A stretch of DNA of 64,000 nucleotides from Octopus sinensis (GCF_006345805.1 NC_042998.1:69254001-69318000); one strand, 5' to 3'. Positions 11,545 to 24,769 are shown, counted from the first letter of the stretch. Program-made: numbers and translations. The notes: generated by a model from the letters alone, not told the origin.

Positions 11545-12316
11545 ATAGTTGTAGAGTGTATAATACAGTGTTGAATATAGATTTGTGTATGGGAGATAGT
11601 GTATGACGACGTGCTGCAGTACGTTGTGCGTGTATATAATACGGTATAATACAGCAGTTGTGGAGTGTATATTATTATTGTATGTAGAAACTGAGTTGAA
11701 TATAGAAGAGTGTTTATAATACAGAATATAGAAGTGGTGTTTATAATATTGTAGACAGTGTGAGACAACGTGCCAGAGTTTTAGTATGTGTGTATATAAT
11801 ACGGTATTTGTAGGGTGTATACTGTAGCAAGTAGGAACTGTTGAATATAGAGGCGTGTGTGTATGTATGTATGTATGTATATATAATATATAGTAAGATT
11901 TTATAGTCTTGTAGGCAGTGTCAAACAACGTGCTGCAGTGTGTGTGTGTGTGCTGTTTATTGTTTATGTAATATAGTGATCGATTATAGAGGTGTATATA
12001 GCATATAAGACAATATCTTGTGTAGTGTTTATATATACATTATTTTGATAAGTGCACGAAACTCTCAGCCCTTGAGTCACTCTGCTGCTAAATATATATA
12101 TACTTATGTCTGTGTTCTATTTTCCTGTTTGCATCACCAAACACATACACAAATATATATATACACACATAATGGTGTATATAGTATTGTAGACAATGTT
12201 AAGAGAACGTGCATACGGACACTGAAGTGTGTTGTATATTGTTTGTTGTGTATATAATATTTTTAGGGTGTATAATATAGTATGTAGAGACAGCATTCAA
12301 TATAGTAATGCATATA

Positions 12317-12365
<49 letters not shown>

Positions 12366-12850
12366 GTACATAGTGTAATAGAACGTGCTGTAGACATTTA
12401 TGAATATTATGTAATATAAGGCAAAAAGAGTGTCCAGTCTTGATTTCTCAGACCAATGCTTAAAGGTGTTCCAACCATAAACATCTCGTCAGTTGGTGGT
12501 GGTGAGTGTGGTTGGATTGCATTAATCAATGTGTTTGTTTTTACTTTCCTCCCGAGATAGCAGAATATTATTTGAGGGAGATTTAGCTGTTACTTCTAGC
12601 AGGCCAAGTGACTATTTAGATGTGCCTTCGATGGCTCGAAGTAAACCGTAGAGTGCAGTATTGTAGAGTTGTATATAGTAATAGACAGTGTGTATAATAA
12701 CTTGCAGAGTATCGTGTATATAATGTTGTGTATAGTTGTATAGACAGTGCGGTAGTGTACAATGATAATGACAATATAGTTTATTATATAACTGTAGTGT
12801 AAACGTTGTTAGGTATAGACGTGTGCAGTGCAGTGTAGGCTGTATAGTAT
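11545..12850 (+). repeat. Degenerate ~160-bp tandem repeat at the start of intron 1
   Basis: Recurring TTGTAGACAGTGT..(A/G)ACGTG(C/T) block; ACGTG at 11609, 11768, 11928, 12207, 12383, 12819. Confidence 0.65.
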
Positions 12851-13165
12851 TGTTGTTTAGCTTTGGATCTGTCTTGATCGAAGAAATTTAAGATCGGAGT
12901 CGTTCCAACAGCGCAATCACGTGGTTTAAAGCTCAGTCACACTGCGTGGAACCTTGGGCAAGTGACGTCTGCTCTCGCCCCGGGCCGACAAGTGCGAGTG
13001 GATTTGGTAGACGATACCTGTGTGGAAGAAGCACGTCTCTCACACACACACACACACACGTATCAGAAAAGAGATGACAAGGGACAGCTGTTTCTGCTGA
13101 AGGATGCGGTGGGCTCAAAGCTGAGTGCTTGGGTAACACCTTAGAGTTTCATCAGAGCTTCAAAC

Positions 13166-13196
<31 letters not shown>

Positions 13197-13212
13197 TATA
13201 TTATATAATATA

Positions 13213-13252
<40 letters not shown>

Positions 13253-13254
<2 letters not shown>

Positions 13255-13496
13255 GTGCATAATTATTGCGGCTTTTTTTCAACAAATTTTATTCGACAAA
13301 AACAAAACAATATTTAACAAAAACATCTTTAAATGACGGTCTGACCATCTGCCAAGCAAATGGGAAGCAGTAAGTGAAGTAGATGGTGAATATGCTCCGG
13401 AAGAATCATTTAAAGACGTTTTTGCTAGATATTGTTATTGTTTTTGCTGAATAAAATTTGTTAAAAAAAAGCCGCAATAATTATGCACCAACCTAA
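13253..13496. mobile_element. Mariner MITE with ~85-bp TIRs
   Basis: TGGTGCATAATTATTGCGGC... / ...GCCGCAATAATTATGCACCAACCTAA|TA resembles Hsmar1-type TIRs. Internal DHLPSKWEAVSEVDGEYAPE matches a mariner C-terminus. Confidence 0.85.
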
Positions 13497-14292
13497 TATA
13501 TATATACACATATATATATATATGCATGTGTTTTCGTGCCTGTGTTAGTTCCCTCACTCCCAGACGACCAGTGCTGGTTTGTTTACGTCTCCATAACTTA
13601 GCTGTTTTGTAAAAGAGGCCGATAGAAAAATATCAGACTTCAAAAATAAATACCAGGGTAGATTTATTCGACGAAACACTTAAAGGCGTACTCCAGCATG
13701 GCCGCAGTCTAGTAACTAAAACAAGTAAAAGATAAAAAGACTAATATGTACCCAGGACTACATCGTCAAATGTGTCATACCATTTTTACCAACTGTAAGG
13801 TGACATTTGAGGGGAATTTGTCTGCTAGTTCTTGCAAGTCGCGTGATTAGTATAGACCCGGTGCAAGATAAGTTTGAAGGTAACACAGTATGTAGAATAG
13901 GTGTATGAAGAGAGAGTGCATAAATAGCGTTGTATTAATAGTTTGTTGTGTATAGATAGAGTGGACGGGGTGCATTAGATAACAGTGATGTATATAGATG
14001 TGTGATTCGTGTGTGTCGAAGCTGTATAGCATTGATATGTATTTGGAGATTGTGATAGTTGTATATGCATGTACGTATGCACATACAAATATATACATAC
14101 GATGGTACACACATACATCACATACATGAATACGTATACACACATCCATACATTTACATATATAAGTACATATACCCATATGTATGTATGTGTGTATATG
14201 TACCCCCTCTCCCAACACAAAATATACTGTTCTGTTATTGGTGTATGTGTGTATATATGTATATACACACGCACGTATACGTTCATATTTGA

Positions 14293-14381
<89 letters not shown>

Positions 14382-15266
14382 ACACACACACATACACACA
14401 CGTGTGTATGAAATGACATAAGGCTTCTCTTCAATAAAGCTATTAATATATGTCAAAACCCTGAGTTGAAATATATAAATGAATTTATTTTAACACCGAC
14501 CTTACGTCAAATTATGTGTTTGATGTATGTCAGAGTAGTGTCTCTCAAATAATTGTTCTGGTCCCCTGGGGGAGCTGGTGCAGGGGTCTGAGTGGGCCTG
14601 TTGAAATGTGAGGCGAACTAATTAGCATGTCTAAATAATATTTAATACGGTCTTAAACTTCCTAAACTTGTCCGTACATCAAGTTGAAGGTAAAAAGAAA
14701 TGGATCCAAACTCTATTTCATCTCATAAATAAAAAAAAAGGCGGGAAGGGGACAAAATTCAACTAATTTTTATATTTTTTCTGGGTGCTGGTAGTAGTGA
14801 TTGTAATAATAATGTCGGTTGTCATCATGTTTGTTAGTTTAATAACTGCTGTTGCAGAACACGAAGTACTTAATTTTGTGTAAGATGTATATATAAATAT
14901 TTATTTATTTATTTATTTATTTATTTATTATTATTTAAAACTGTTTTGATTCAAATCCATGCAACTTAGTTTCGTTGACTTCATGCAGTAAATAAAAAAC
15001 AAAACAACAAACAAACAAACAACAAACAAACACAAACAAAAAAAAAAACTGGCTCGTTCAGGCTCAGATTACCGAATCGATAGGAATCTGGTGAACAAGT
15101 AAGGTTTTTCTGTCAGAAGCCTGCGAAACTTTAGGTTGCATAGAGCCGAGTCAAAACTGTTTCCCTCAGTTTACCTACTGACTTGTGTGTGTGTACGTAC
15201 ACACACCACACACACACAACACACACACACACACACACACACACCACACACAATTATATATTATAT

Positions 15267-15315
<49 letters not shown>

Positions 15316-15335
15316 CAGAGAGAGAGAGAGAGAGA

Positions 15336-16076
15336 GTTAGAAAACAGGGAGATCTAATGGATACAAATTCGTTTATTAATTAATCAACAATTGTTTCATT
15401 TCTCAAATAAGATAAAAATTTTGTTTCACTTTTACTTTACTTTATTCCATGAACAGAAATTGTTATTTTTATTTTCCTTTACGCTTACTTTCTTTCATTC
15501 ATTATATTAATTTACCAATATATCATTTAACTCATCATTCACGATTGTTAATCATTACTATTATTGAAAAGCGACGAGCTGGCAGAAACGTTACCACACC
15601 GGGCGAAATGCTTAGCAGTATTTCGTCTGTCTTTACGTTCTCAGTTCAAATTCCGCCGAGGTCGACTTTGCCTTTCATCTTTTCGGAGTTGATAAATTAA
15701 GTACCAGTTACGTACTGGGGTCGATCTAATCGACTGATCCTTTCCCCAAGAATTTCAGGCATTGTGCCTAGAGTAGTAAAGAATATTACTATTATTGAAA
15801 TGAAATAAAAGGACTAATTTTAACGCATGCGCACACATACACATATACATTATCGTGTAGTAAACATGTTTGTATATTCCGAAAGTATCCTAATGCAATC
15901 CTTATTGTCCTCTGAAAACTCTGACAATTTTCCTTATAAGGTATTTAAAATGCAAAATTATATTTTTATATGTTTTGTAATCTTAATCTTATTTGAGAAA
16001 TGAAACAATTGTTGGTTAATATGTTGATTAATTAGTAGATTAATTTGTATCCATTAGATCTCTCTGTTTCCTAACC
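15336..16076. mobile_element. MITE with ~85-bp imperfect TIRs hosting a SINE B insertion
   Basis: GTTAGAAAACAGGGAGATCTAATGGATACAAATT... is mirrored at 15985-16075. Confidence 0.7.
15570..15784 (+). mobile_element. Full-length SINE B (tail 2) with 16-bp TSD
   Basis: TSD ATTACTATTATTGAAA at 15554-15569 and 15785-15800. Confidence 0.9.
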
Positions 16077-16445
16077 CAATAAAAATATCTGATATCTTAC
16101 GATATTCTATATAATATATTCATTGAAGGGTTATTTCTTCAAAATTTAATATATCAAACCAGTGTGTCTTGGATAAATATCCCTATAAGTGATTTGAATA
16201 TCTTCATTGTGACTATATATATATATGCCGTATCTTAACGTGTATAAGGAACCCTCGTGCATAGGGAGCCCCTTAATTATTGGGGCTTAAAATTTGGAAA
16301 AAGGTTTTGTTAGGGATTAAAATACTAGCCATGTAAAAGAAACGCCCATATTTTTTTAACCTAACTTTTGACTAAAATGGATTCCTTATACGCGTTAAAA
16401 CATGGTGTATACATACATACATACATACATACCACACCACCACAA

Positions 16446-16476
<31 letters not shown>

Positions 16477-16496
16477 TATATGTATATATATATATA

Positions 16497-16545
<49 letters not shown>

Positions 16546-17287
16546 GCAACTGGCTACTTTCAGTTTCCGCCTATCAAATCCACTCACAAGGCCCGAGGCT
16601 ATGGTAGGAGACACTTGCCCAAGGTGTCATGCTGTGAAACTGAACCCGGTGCTGTGTGGTTGGTAAACAAGCTTCTTACCACACAGTCACTCCATGAAAT
16701 GTATGTCTGTATGTATGCAATGAAATGCTATCCTCAGGGGAAGAGAGTATCAGTTGTATGAGAAAAATGTATTGTCGATTGTATTGATTACTTTGAAATA
16801 TCTTGGTCGAAGTTAATGTGTCAGGGAGGGAGCTATGTATATCAGTACGTTGGTAGCACACACATACACACACGCGCGTGCATGAACCAGTGATGTCAGT
16901 TTCTAGAAGAACCCTCACACTACCACCAGCCAACATATGTGGGTCTCTCGAATTATTAGAAATAGTTAGCAAATCTACTTCAAATCTTGCTTCCTTGTGT
17001 TAAAAATTTAGGACTTGTTTGTATCTCTGCACCCCGTCTCCTTCCGGAAGGCTCTCCCTGCACACATGTATCTCCGCAGATGTCCACTAACAACAGTTTC
17101 AGTAGAACGTTAGCGACATCAGTCCCACAGGTCTATGAAGGCCATGGGCCCGGCCCCTTTTCCTTCAACAAGGTTACGGTCACTACTACTACTACCTGAT
17201 CGGGCGGTCAACTTCATCCTGGACCCTCACTGCCCTTCCTGACCACTTTGGCGCCTACGTCAACCGTTCCAACGAACAAGCATCTGG

Positions 17288-17332
<45 letters not shown>

Positions 17333-17444
17333 TATATAATTTGGCCATTGGGCTGCAGCCCTGCTGGAGCACTGCCTTCAAGTGTAAAGGCGACCATTAT
17401 GTCGACTCGCAATACTTATATCAGTCTGGTATTTATTTTATTTA

Positions 17445-17661
17445 ATTCTTTATTGCCCACAAGGGGCTAAACATAAAGGGGACAGACAAAGGGACTAAGT
17501 CGATTACAACGACCCCACTACGTAACTGGTACTTATTTAATCGACCCCGAAAGGATGAAAGGCAAAGTCGACCTCAGCAGAATTTGAACTCAGAACGTAG
17601 CGGCAAACGAAATACCGTTAAACATTTCGCCTGGCGTGCTAACGTTCCTGCCAGCTCGCTT
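17445..17661 (-). mobile_element. SINE B (tail 1) inserted in an older SINE A-like copy
   Basis: Reverse complement of tail ...CCCCTTGTGGGCAATAAAGAA; host-like sequence on both flanks. Confidence 0.8.
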
Positions 17662-18453
17662 TATTTATATATTTTATCGATCTCTGTTTATCGAACATCT
17701 TGCTTACGAAAACCTAAACAGCAGCATCTGTTTTTAAGCCATATAAACACACGCATACCCAAACACCCATAGATACGCACACAGTTACATACATACGCAC
17801 ATGTATGTATATATGTATATGTGCATGTAAATATGTGTATATATATACATATATATATATGTGTGTGTGTGTGTATATGTATACATGTGTGTGTATCTGC
17901 TTATATATGTTTAATATAGTCTGTGTGTGTATATATATATAATATATATATATAGTATATATATATGTATATTATATGTATGTATGGTATGTATGTATGT
18001 ATGTATATCGGTATGTTGTTGGGTGTGTGTGTATACGTATAAACTCACACAAGCACGACACAGCGTTTATTATTTATTCATAACTCCGACAATCGTTCAA
18101 TATGCAAATTAATCTAGCCACCACGAGCTAATTTATAGATTGTTTTTCGTTCAGATAGCTAGTAGCTATGAGTTCTCATGGTGAGCAGCAGAGTGAGGCG
18201 ATGAGTTGTAACTTGTCCTCTAAAAAAAAAGCGAATAACAAAATGTATTTACATGTGTTTCAATTTCCTCAACGAAAGTGAAATTTAACTGTACGGAAAA
18301 ATGTTTGCTTCCCAACCTCATAGCTCAATCCCAATGCGTGGCACCTTGGGCAAGTGTTTTCTCCTATAGCCTCGCGCCGACCAAAGCCTTGTGAGTGGAT
18401 TTGGTAGATGGAAACTAAAAGAAGCTTGTCGTGTGTGTATCTATCTATCTATC

Positions 18454-18510
<57 letters not shown>

Positions 18511-18534
18511 CTATCTATCATCTATCTATCTATC

Positions 18535-18565
<31 letters not shown>

Positions 18566-18579
18566 TATATATATATATA

Positions 18580-18975
18580 GGCGCAGGCGTGGCTGTGTGA
18601 TAAGAAGCTTGCTTCCCAACCACATGGTTTCGGGTTCAGTCCCGCTGTGTGGCACCTTGGGCAAGTTTTTTTGTGCTACAGCTTCGGGTCGGCTAAAGCC
18701 TTCTGAGTGGATTTGGTAGAAAGAAGCCCATCATGTATGTGTGTGTGAGTGTGAGAGTGAGAGAGAGAGAGAGAGGAGAGTGTGTCTGTTTTTGTCCCTC
18801 ACCACCTTTCGTGTGTTTACATCCCCGTAACTTAGCGGTCCGGTAAAAAAAAAAGACCGATAAAATAAGTACCTGGCTTAAAAAATCCTTCAAATTCGGC
18901 CGAAAAATCCTTCAAGATTGAGCTGCAGCATGGCTGCAGTCTATCGACTGGATGGCTGGAACTAGTACGAGAAAT
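18580..18975 (+). mobile_element. SINE A (preceded by a partial copy at ~18300-18430)
   Basis: Head, body and 3' end match other A copies. Confidence 0.8.
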
Positions 18976-19158
18976 AAAAGATATAAATATATATATATAC
19001 ACACACACACTCACACCCATGCACATATAGACACCGACACATATTCATTCATGCATGCATATAAATGGCTGACTTCCTGTCGTGATTGGTTTATAGTAAT
19101 CGAATGTTTCTGCTGAGGCGAAACCAAGTTTTAAACAATTTTTAAATAGTAAAGGTTG

Positions 19159-19357
19159 TTTGCCAACATAACACGTCCGTCCTGGTTTAGGACTAATGTT
19201 GCTGTAATTTAGCCCCAGGAGATATCGTCTCTAGCTGGCTATACGATACGATCTGTGTCCTTATATTGTCATATAGCCAGCTGGGGACGATGTCTCCTGG
19301 GGCAAAATTACAGCAACATTAATCTTAAACCAGGACTGCCATGTTATGTTGGCGAAA
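19159..19357. repeat. Fold-back repeat, ~88-bp arms with a 22-bp spacer
   Basis: Arm 19159-19246 is the approximate reverse complement of 19269-19357. One arm recurs unpaired at ~25215-25320. Confidence 0.8.
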
Positions 19358-19371
19358 ATAGGCCTAGGGGA

Positions 19372-19770
19372 GGCTGTGTGGCAAGTAGCTTGCATACCAA
19401 CCACTTGGTTCCGGGTTCAGCTTGGGAAAGTGTGGCACCTTGGGAAAGTGTCTTCTACTATAGCCTCGGACCGACCAAAGCCTTGCAAGTGGATTTGGTA
19501 GACGGAAACTGAAAGAAGCCCGTCGTATATGTGTATATATGTATGTATGGATGTGTGTATATGTTTGTGTGTCTGTGTTTGTCCCCCTAACATCACTTGA
19601 CAACCGATGCTGGTACGTTTATGTCCCCGTAACTTAGCGGTTCGGCAAAAAGAGACCGATCGAATAAGTACTAGGCTTACAAAGAATTAGTCCTGGGGTC
19701 GATTTGCTCGACTAAAGGCGGTGCTCCAGCATGGCCACAGTCAAATGACTGAAACAAGTAAAAGAGTAAA
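19372..19770 (+). mobile_element. SINE A, full length
   Basis: Complete head/body/microsatellite/tail architecture. Confidence 0.9.
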
Positions 19771-20530
19771 AAAAATTTTTACTCCAAAGTACTGTTGCTG
19801 AATATCTCACTTTGTAAGATTTCAAAATACTAATTTTCAAATTTTTAAATAGTTTTAACTCGAACAGTTTCTAACTAATTTCTCTTATATTAGGTGAAAT
19901 ATTTCATTAGTTATAATATACGTAATTGTATTCTACATTCATATATTTCGTGTTTCACTAACAATGTCCGTACATATTAAATTTACAACAACTGATAAGA
20001 GTTTTAAATAATTGTTGAAAAGGCGCCAATTTTGAAAAACGTGCTGATGGAAGCGGTCACTTTCCTTGCATTCCTATTAGCTACGCGTACGCCACCGCTG
20101 ATCATTACCTCACTTCCTCCATCAGACTGACACTGCCTGTATATGTACACAATGTGCCTCATGCCAGATGTCGCAGTAATAGTAGAGAAATTAAATTTCT
20201 TGCTCAAGAAAACAACGCTTCGCCCGGTTCAGGGATCGAAACCATGATTTTGTGATCGTGAGCGCAATATCGTTACCACTAGGCTGACAAAATACTAGTG
20301 GCGGACATTTCGCTGTCGGTAACGTTAGAGTATCATACTTTGTGGTATTTGTAGCACTTCCTGCATTCGGATCTCGCCCTGGCCTATTTGGATGGCAGAC
20401 TTAATCAGTCTCATAGTTTAAAACCAACACCTGACACTTTGGATACCTTTAGCAGAGGCCCCTCTATTGCAATCATTTGGGCCAGGCCGCCACTTTGAAG
20501 ATACCTCCCTCCCTCCATCTCAGTCTACTA

Positions 20531-20786
20531 CGTAGCGGCAGACGAAATACCTATTTCTTTACTACCCACAAGGGGCTAAACACAGAGTGGACAAACAAGG
20601 ACAGATAAAGGGATTAAGTCGATTACATCGACCCCAGTGCGTAACTGGTACTTAATTTATCGACCCCGAAAGGATGAAAGGCAAATTCGACCTCGGCGGA
20701 ATTCGAACTCAGAACGTAACGGCAGACGAAATACCGCTAAGCATTTCGCCCGGTGCGCTAACGTTTCGGGGCCAGCTCGCCGCCTT
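20531..20786 (-). mobile_element. SINE B (tail 1) joined to a short second-unit fragment at GGTATTTCG
   Basis: Minus strand reads ...AAAGAAATA|GGTATTTCGTCTGCCGCTACGT. Confidence 0.85.
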
Positions 20787-21594
20787 AATTAATTACATAT
20801 TAAGACTGACAATACCAACATATTCTTGCAGTTACACAAATGACTACATTCTCTGTCATATTAAAGTACTCTTTTATACAACACAGCTAATTTTTTACAT
20901 AACATTTCCAGCCCTAAATTTATTCTAGCATTAACATCGTTAAAATTATCATTAAAAATAAATCTAAACTATTAAATTTTCGTCCCCGGAGGCGAAATTT
21001 ATCCCCAGTTTAAAGGCCTGCTTACTCTAGACATACTATATATAATTGTTAAAGAAGTAAAGTTGTTACACAGACTTGTGCATTTTGGAAAGTAGTGTTT
21101 GCTGGAGATATAAACTATGTGATTGTTTTGGTATCGTATTTTGTGATTCCAGAAAGAAGAAAAAAACAAATCTGTTTGGATTGAATTACGAGAAAACAGA
21201 CGGCCATTCTGTGTGTGTGCATAACATGATTTTGTTAGAGGGAAAGAAAGGAGCAAAGAAAATAATGGTTGGAATTAGATTGCTTTGAAGAAATGAAGGG
21301 GAAATAAGGAGAAGAGGAGGGAGAGAGAGAAACAGACAAACGAACGATTAGGCACAAAGAAAAATATGGAATGAAAGAAACTATATAAGATTTAAGAAAA
21401 ATGGACAGAGTAAAAAGTAGTAATTGTTTTTGATTGAGGCCCAAGGCCAGCAGTGTTGAGAGTTGGGTGAGGGAGCGAATAGTCTTACATACGGACCATA
21501 AGTCTATTGCTTGTTCTTTATTTTATCGACTCAGGAGGGACGAAAGGCTAAGTTGGCGCCGACGAAATTTGAAGTAGGAACAATAGTGTTATGT

Positions 21595-21628
<34 letters not shown>

Positions 21629-21973
21629 TAATAGCAATTTTAGGGAGAAGTGGGTAAGTCGATTTATATCGATCCCCAATACTCAACTGATACTTTTTCA
21701 TCGATTTCGAAAAGACGAAACGCTGAGTCAACCATGACGGCATTTGAAATATGATGACGATTTCTTTTCTTTGCAAATAACGAAAATATCTATTCAGTAT
21801 AATTCAGTATAAACTTTATATTTATATATGCGTAAGCGTGCATGTCTATACGCGCGCATACACACGCAAACGCACACGTACAACGTATTTAGTGGTACCC
21901 CAGTTTATTGGATAGGTACTATCCCTTGCTTAGTTTCCCAATCTCTCTCTCTCTCACTCACACACACACTCAC

Positions 21974-22020
<47 letters not shown>

Positions 22021-22654
22021 CAGGGTGGTGCAAAAGTTGGTATATTATGAAAAAAGAAAACATATAATACTCATTTTTACTCTTTTACTTATTTCAGTCA
22101 TTTGACTACGGCCATGCTGGAGCACCGCCTTTAGTCGAGCAAATCGACCCCAGGACTTATTCTTTGTAGGCCTAGTACTTATTCTATCGGTCTCTTTTTG
22201 CCGAACCGCTAAGTTACGGGGACGTAAACACACCAGCATCGGTTGTCAAGCGATGTTGGGGGGGACAAACACAAACATATACACAGACATAAATATATAT
22301 ACATACATATATACGACGGGCTTCTTTCAGTTTCCGTCTACCAAATCCACTCACAAGGCTTTGGTCGGCCCGAGGCTATAGTAGAAGACACTTTCCCAAT
22401 GTGCCACGCAGTGGGAGTGAACCCGGAACCATGGGGTTAGTAAGGAAGCTACTTACCACACAGCCGCTCCTACGGCTATGTAAAAAAAATTAAGCTTCGA
22501 TAAAAGTATTATTATAGTTATGATAAATGTATTATTATGGTTAATGACACTGAAAATATCAAAAATGAGACTAATTTAATGTGCTAATTATTTTAATGAA
22601 ATAAGTATTATAATATAATGTAATACTTACTGTATACCTACTTTTGCACCACCC
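22021..22654. mobile_element. Tc1/mariner-type MITE interrupted by SINE A
   Basis: CAGGGTGGTGCAAAAGTTGGTATA / TATACCTACTTTTGCACCACCC inverted termini. Confidence 0.7.
22068..22475 (-). mobile_element. SINE A, full length, reverse orientation
   Basis: Reverse complement of 19372-19770. Confidence 0.9.
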
Positions 22655-22670
22655 AACTGTTTGTGTATAA

Positions 22671-23005
22671 GGCGCAGGAGTGGCTGTGTTGTAAGTAGCT
22701 TTCTAACCAACCACATGTTTGTGTGTCTGTGTTTGTCCCCGCCGCCCCAACATCGCTTGACAATCGATGCTGGTGTGTTTTCGTTCCCGTAACTTAGCGG
22801 TTCGGCAAAACAGACCAGATAGAATAAGTACCAGGCTTACAAAGTATAAGTCCCGGGGTCGATTTGCTCGACTAAAGGCGGTGCTCCAGCATGGCTACAG
22901 TCAAATGACCAGGCTTACAAAGTATAAGCCCTGGGGTTGCTTTACTCAACTAAAGGCGGTGCTCCAGCATGGCCGCAGTCAAATGGCTGAAGCAAATAAA
23001 AGAAT
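22671..23005 (+). mobile_element. SINE A with internal deletion and a 78-bp tandem duplication of its 3' part
   Basis: Units 22830-22907 and 22908-22985; the head jumps directly to the post-microsatellite body at ~22716. Confidence 0.85.
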
Positions 23006-23268
23006 AAAAGCATATATGTATATGATGGACTCTCTCGTCAAGACGAAGTTTGAGCGTTCAGCTTTTGTCGAATGACCAGCACAAATGATTTATTTATAGT
23101 GATTAAATATTCGTGGCGCATATTAGCTCACTTCCTCCATCAAATTGACATGTGCCACGCGTCGGGTGTCGAAATTACCGTAGAGAAACGTGCGATGAAG
23201 TGTTTTGCTCAAGAACATAACGCACCCATGACAGCCAGTGCAGCAGCACCCAAAGCAATATATATATA

Positions 23269-23306
<38 letters not shown>

Positions 23307-23361
23307 CTGTGTGTGTGTGTATCTATCTATGTATCTATATCTATGTATATATATATATAAT

Positions 23362-23420
<59 letters not shown>

Positions 23421-23474
23421 CTGTGTGTGGTGTGTATCTATCTATGTATCTATATCTATGTATCTATATCTATG

Positions 23475-23541
<67 letters not shown>

Positions 23542-23548
23542 ATATATC

Positions 23549-23778
23549 TGTGGAGGCACAATGGCCCAGACCGGGCATTCTGAGTGTTTATTGAGCGAAA
23601 ACACCTTAAGCTCCACGATGCTCCGGCAGGGTGGTGGTGGCATCCCTTCTGTACTCTTTCGCCACAACTTTCTCTTCTCTCACTCAGCGGGTGGGCATCA
23701 TTTGAAGGCTAAAACAATGCGAAGCGCATTTGACCAGCGATGTGTAGCACATCTGATAGCCTGGTCGGTCACGGTGAT
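23549..23778 (+). mobile_element. SINE C derivative with a CCCAG-microhomology deletion and an alternative tail
   Basis: ATGGCCCAG|ACCGGGC lacks 50 nt relative to 56612ff. Tail ...GATAGCCTGGTCGGTCACGGTGAT is shared with 49215-49465. Confidence 0.75.
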
Positions 23779-23798
23779 ATATATGAATATATATATAA

Positions 23799-23874
<76 letters not shown>

Positions 23875-23878
<4 letters not shown>

Positions 23879-24154
23879 CCTTACTTAAAAGTGGATGGTG
23901 TGTGTTCTGTTAGAATATAAAATGCAGTGTTATTTACCACGAGAAAGCCTCTCATATGGACTTGTGGCGCATTGGTGTTTATATCCGTTAACACCATCGG
24001 ATATATAACATCGGATATATGCGGACGATTATCTCCCGCTAATGATATAAACATGCGTGCTTATATGCATCAAAAGTCAATATGAGAGGTTCTCTCATAG
24101 TAAATAACACGGCATTTTGTGTTCCAACGCAACATCCACTTTTAAGTGGAGATA
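23875..24154. mobile_element. MITE with ~85-bp imperfect TIRs next to (TA)n
   Basis: CCTTACTTAAAAGTGGATG..GTGTTATTTAC..CCTCTCATAT is mirrored at 24075-24152; partial homologue at ~48468-48522. Confidence 0.75.
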
Positions 24155-24192
24155 AATATTACCTTTTGATATTAATACTGCTTTTGTTGCTA

Positions 24193-24420
24193 CGAGCATT
24201 AAATTAATACTCCTGCTTGTTGTTCCCTCACCTGTCTTCGTTTGTTTCCTGTAAATTTCAATTAATATATATATATATATATTTCTAATTTACAGAAAAT
24301 AAAAGATGAAGATAGGTGTAGGAACAACACCTAGGTGTATTAGTTTAACGCTCATGGAAAATGGAAAAGTCCTTTACGTATAGAGCCTACGCTCTTCGAC
24401 AGAAAGGATTAGGAGAGAAA
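24193..24420. mobile_element. Two diverged Penelope-type pLTR ends in inverted orientation meeting at (TA)n
   Basis: 24193-24265 resembles the reverse complement of 24283-24357; the longer arm continues into an HHR-like motif. Confidence 0.55.
24370..24408 (-). ncRNA. Degenerate minimal hammerhead-like motif
   Basis: UCCUUU-CUGUCGAA-GAG(CGUAGG)CUC-UAUAC-GUA-AAGGA: stems I and II pair and ACGU is palindromic, but GAAAC reads UAUAC and A6 is U. Confidence 0.4.
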
Positions 24421-24769
24421 AACTATGCAGAGTTCAACGACTGAAAAAAAGAGTTTGATTGAAAGGGAATAATAATAACGGTAATGGTGGGAAGCGAATT
24501 AGAGATGGTTGACACATCACCCGAAACTCAACTTTTATCCGTCTCATTCACTTTTTATGAAATTTACTGGAAACAAAAAAGTATTTCTTCTCTTGATTCT
24601 CTTCCAGTTCCAGAATTAAAAAAGTTTGGTAGGAAATGACGTGTCTTCCATCTTCACGACTGTCACTTTGCTTCTCCGGTTAGGTGGTAATATACCATCG
24701 AAGTGACGATTCGGAAATTGATTAATTTGGATGAGATACGTCGCCTTTGTCGATATATTTATCTAGAGA

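Noticed and set aside
13847-14434. Long ORFs rich in YI/HT/CV/LSIY (also 23072-23920, 53732-54436, 57539-57883 and many others)
   Set aside because: Stop-free translations of (TA)n, (CA)n and (TATC)n microsatellites and of SINEs, not genes.
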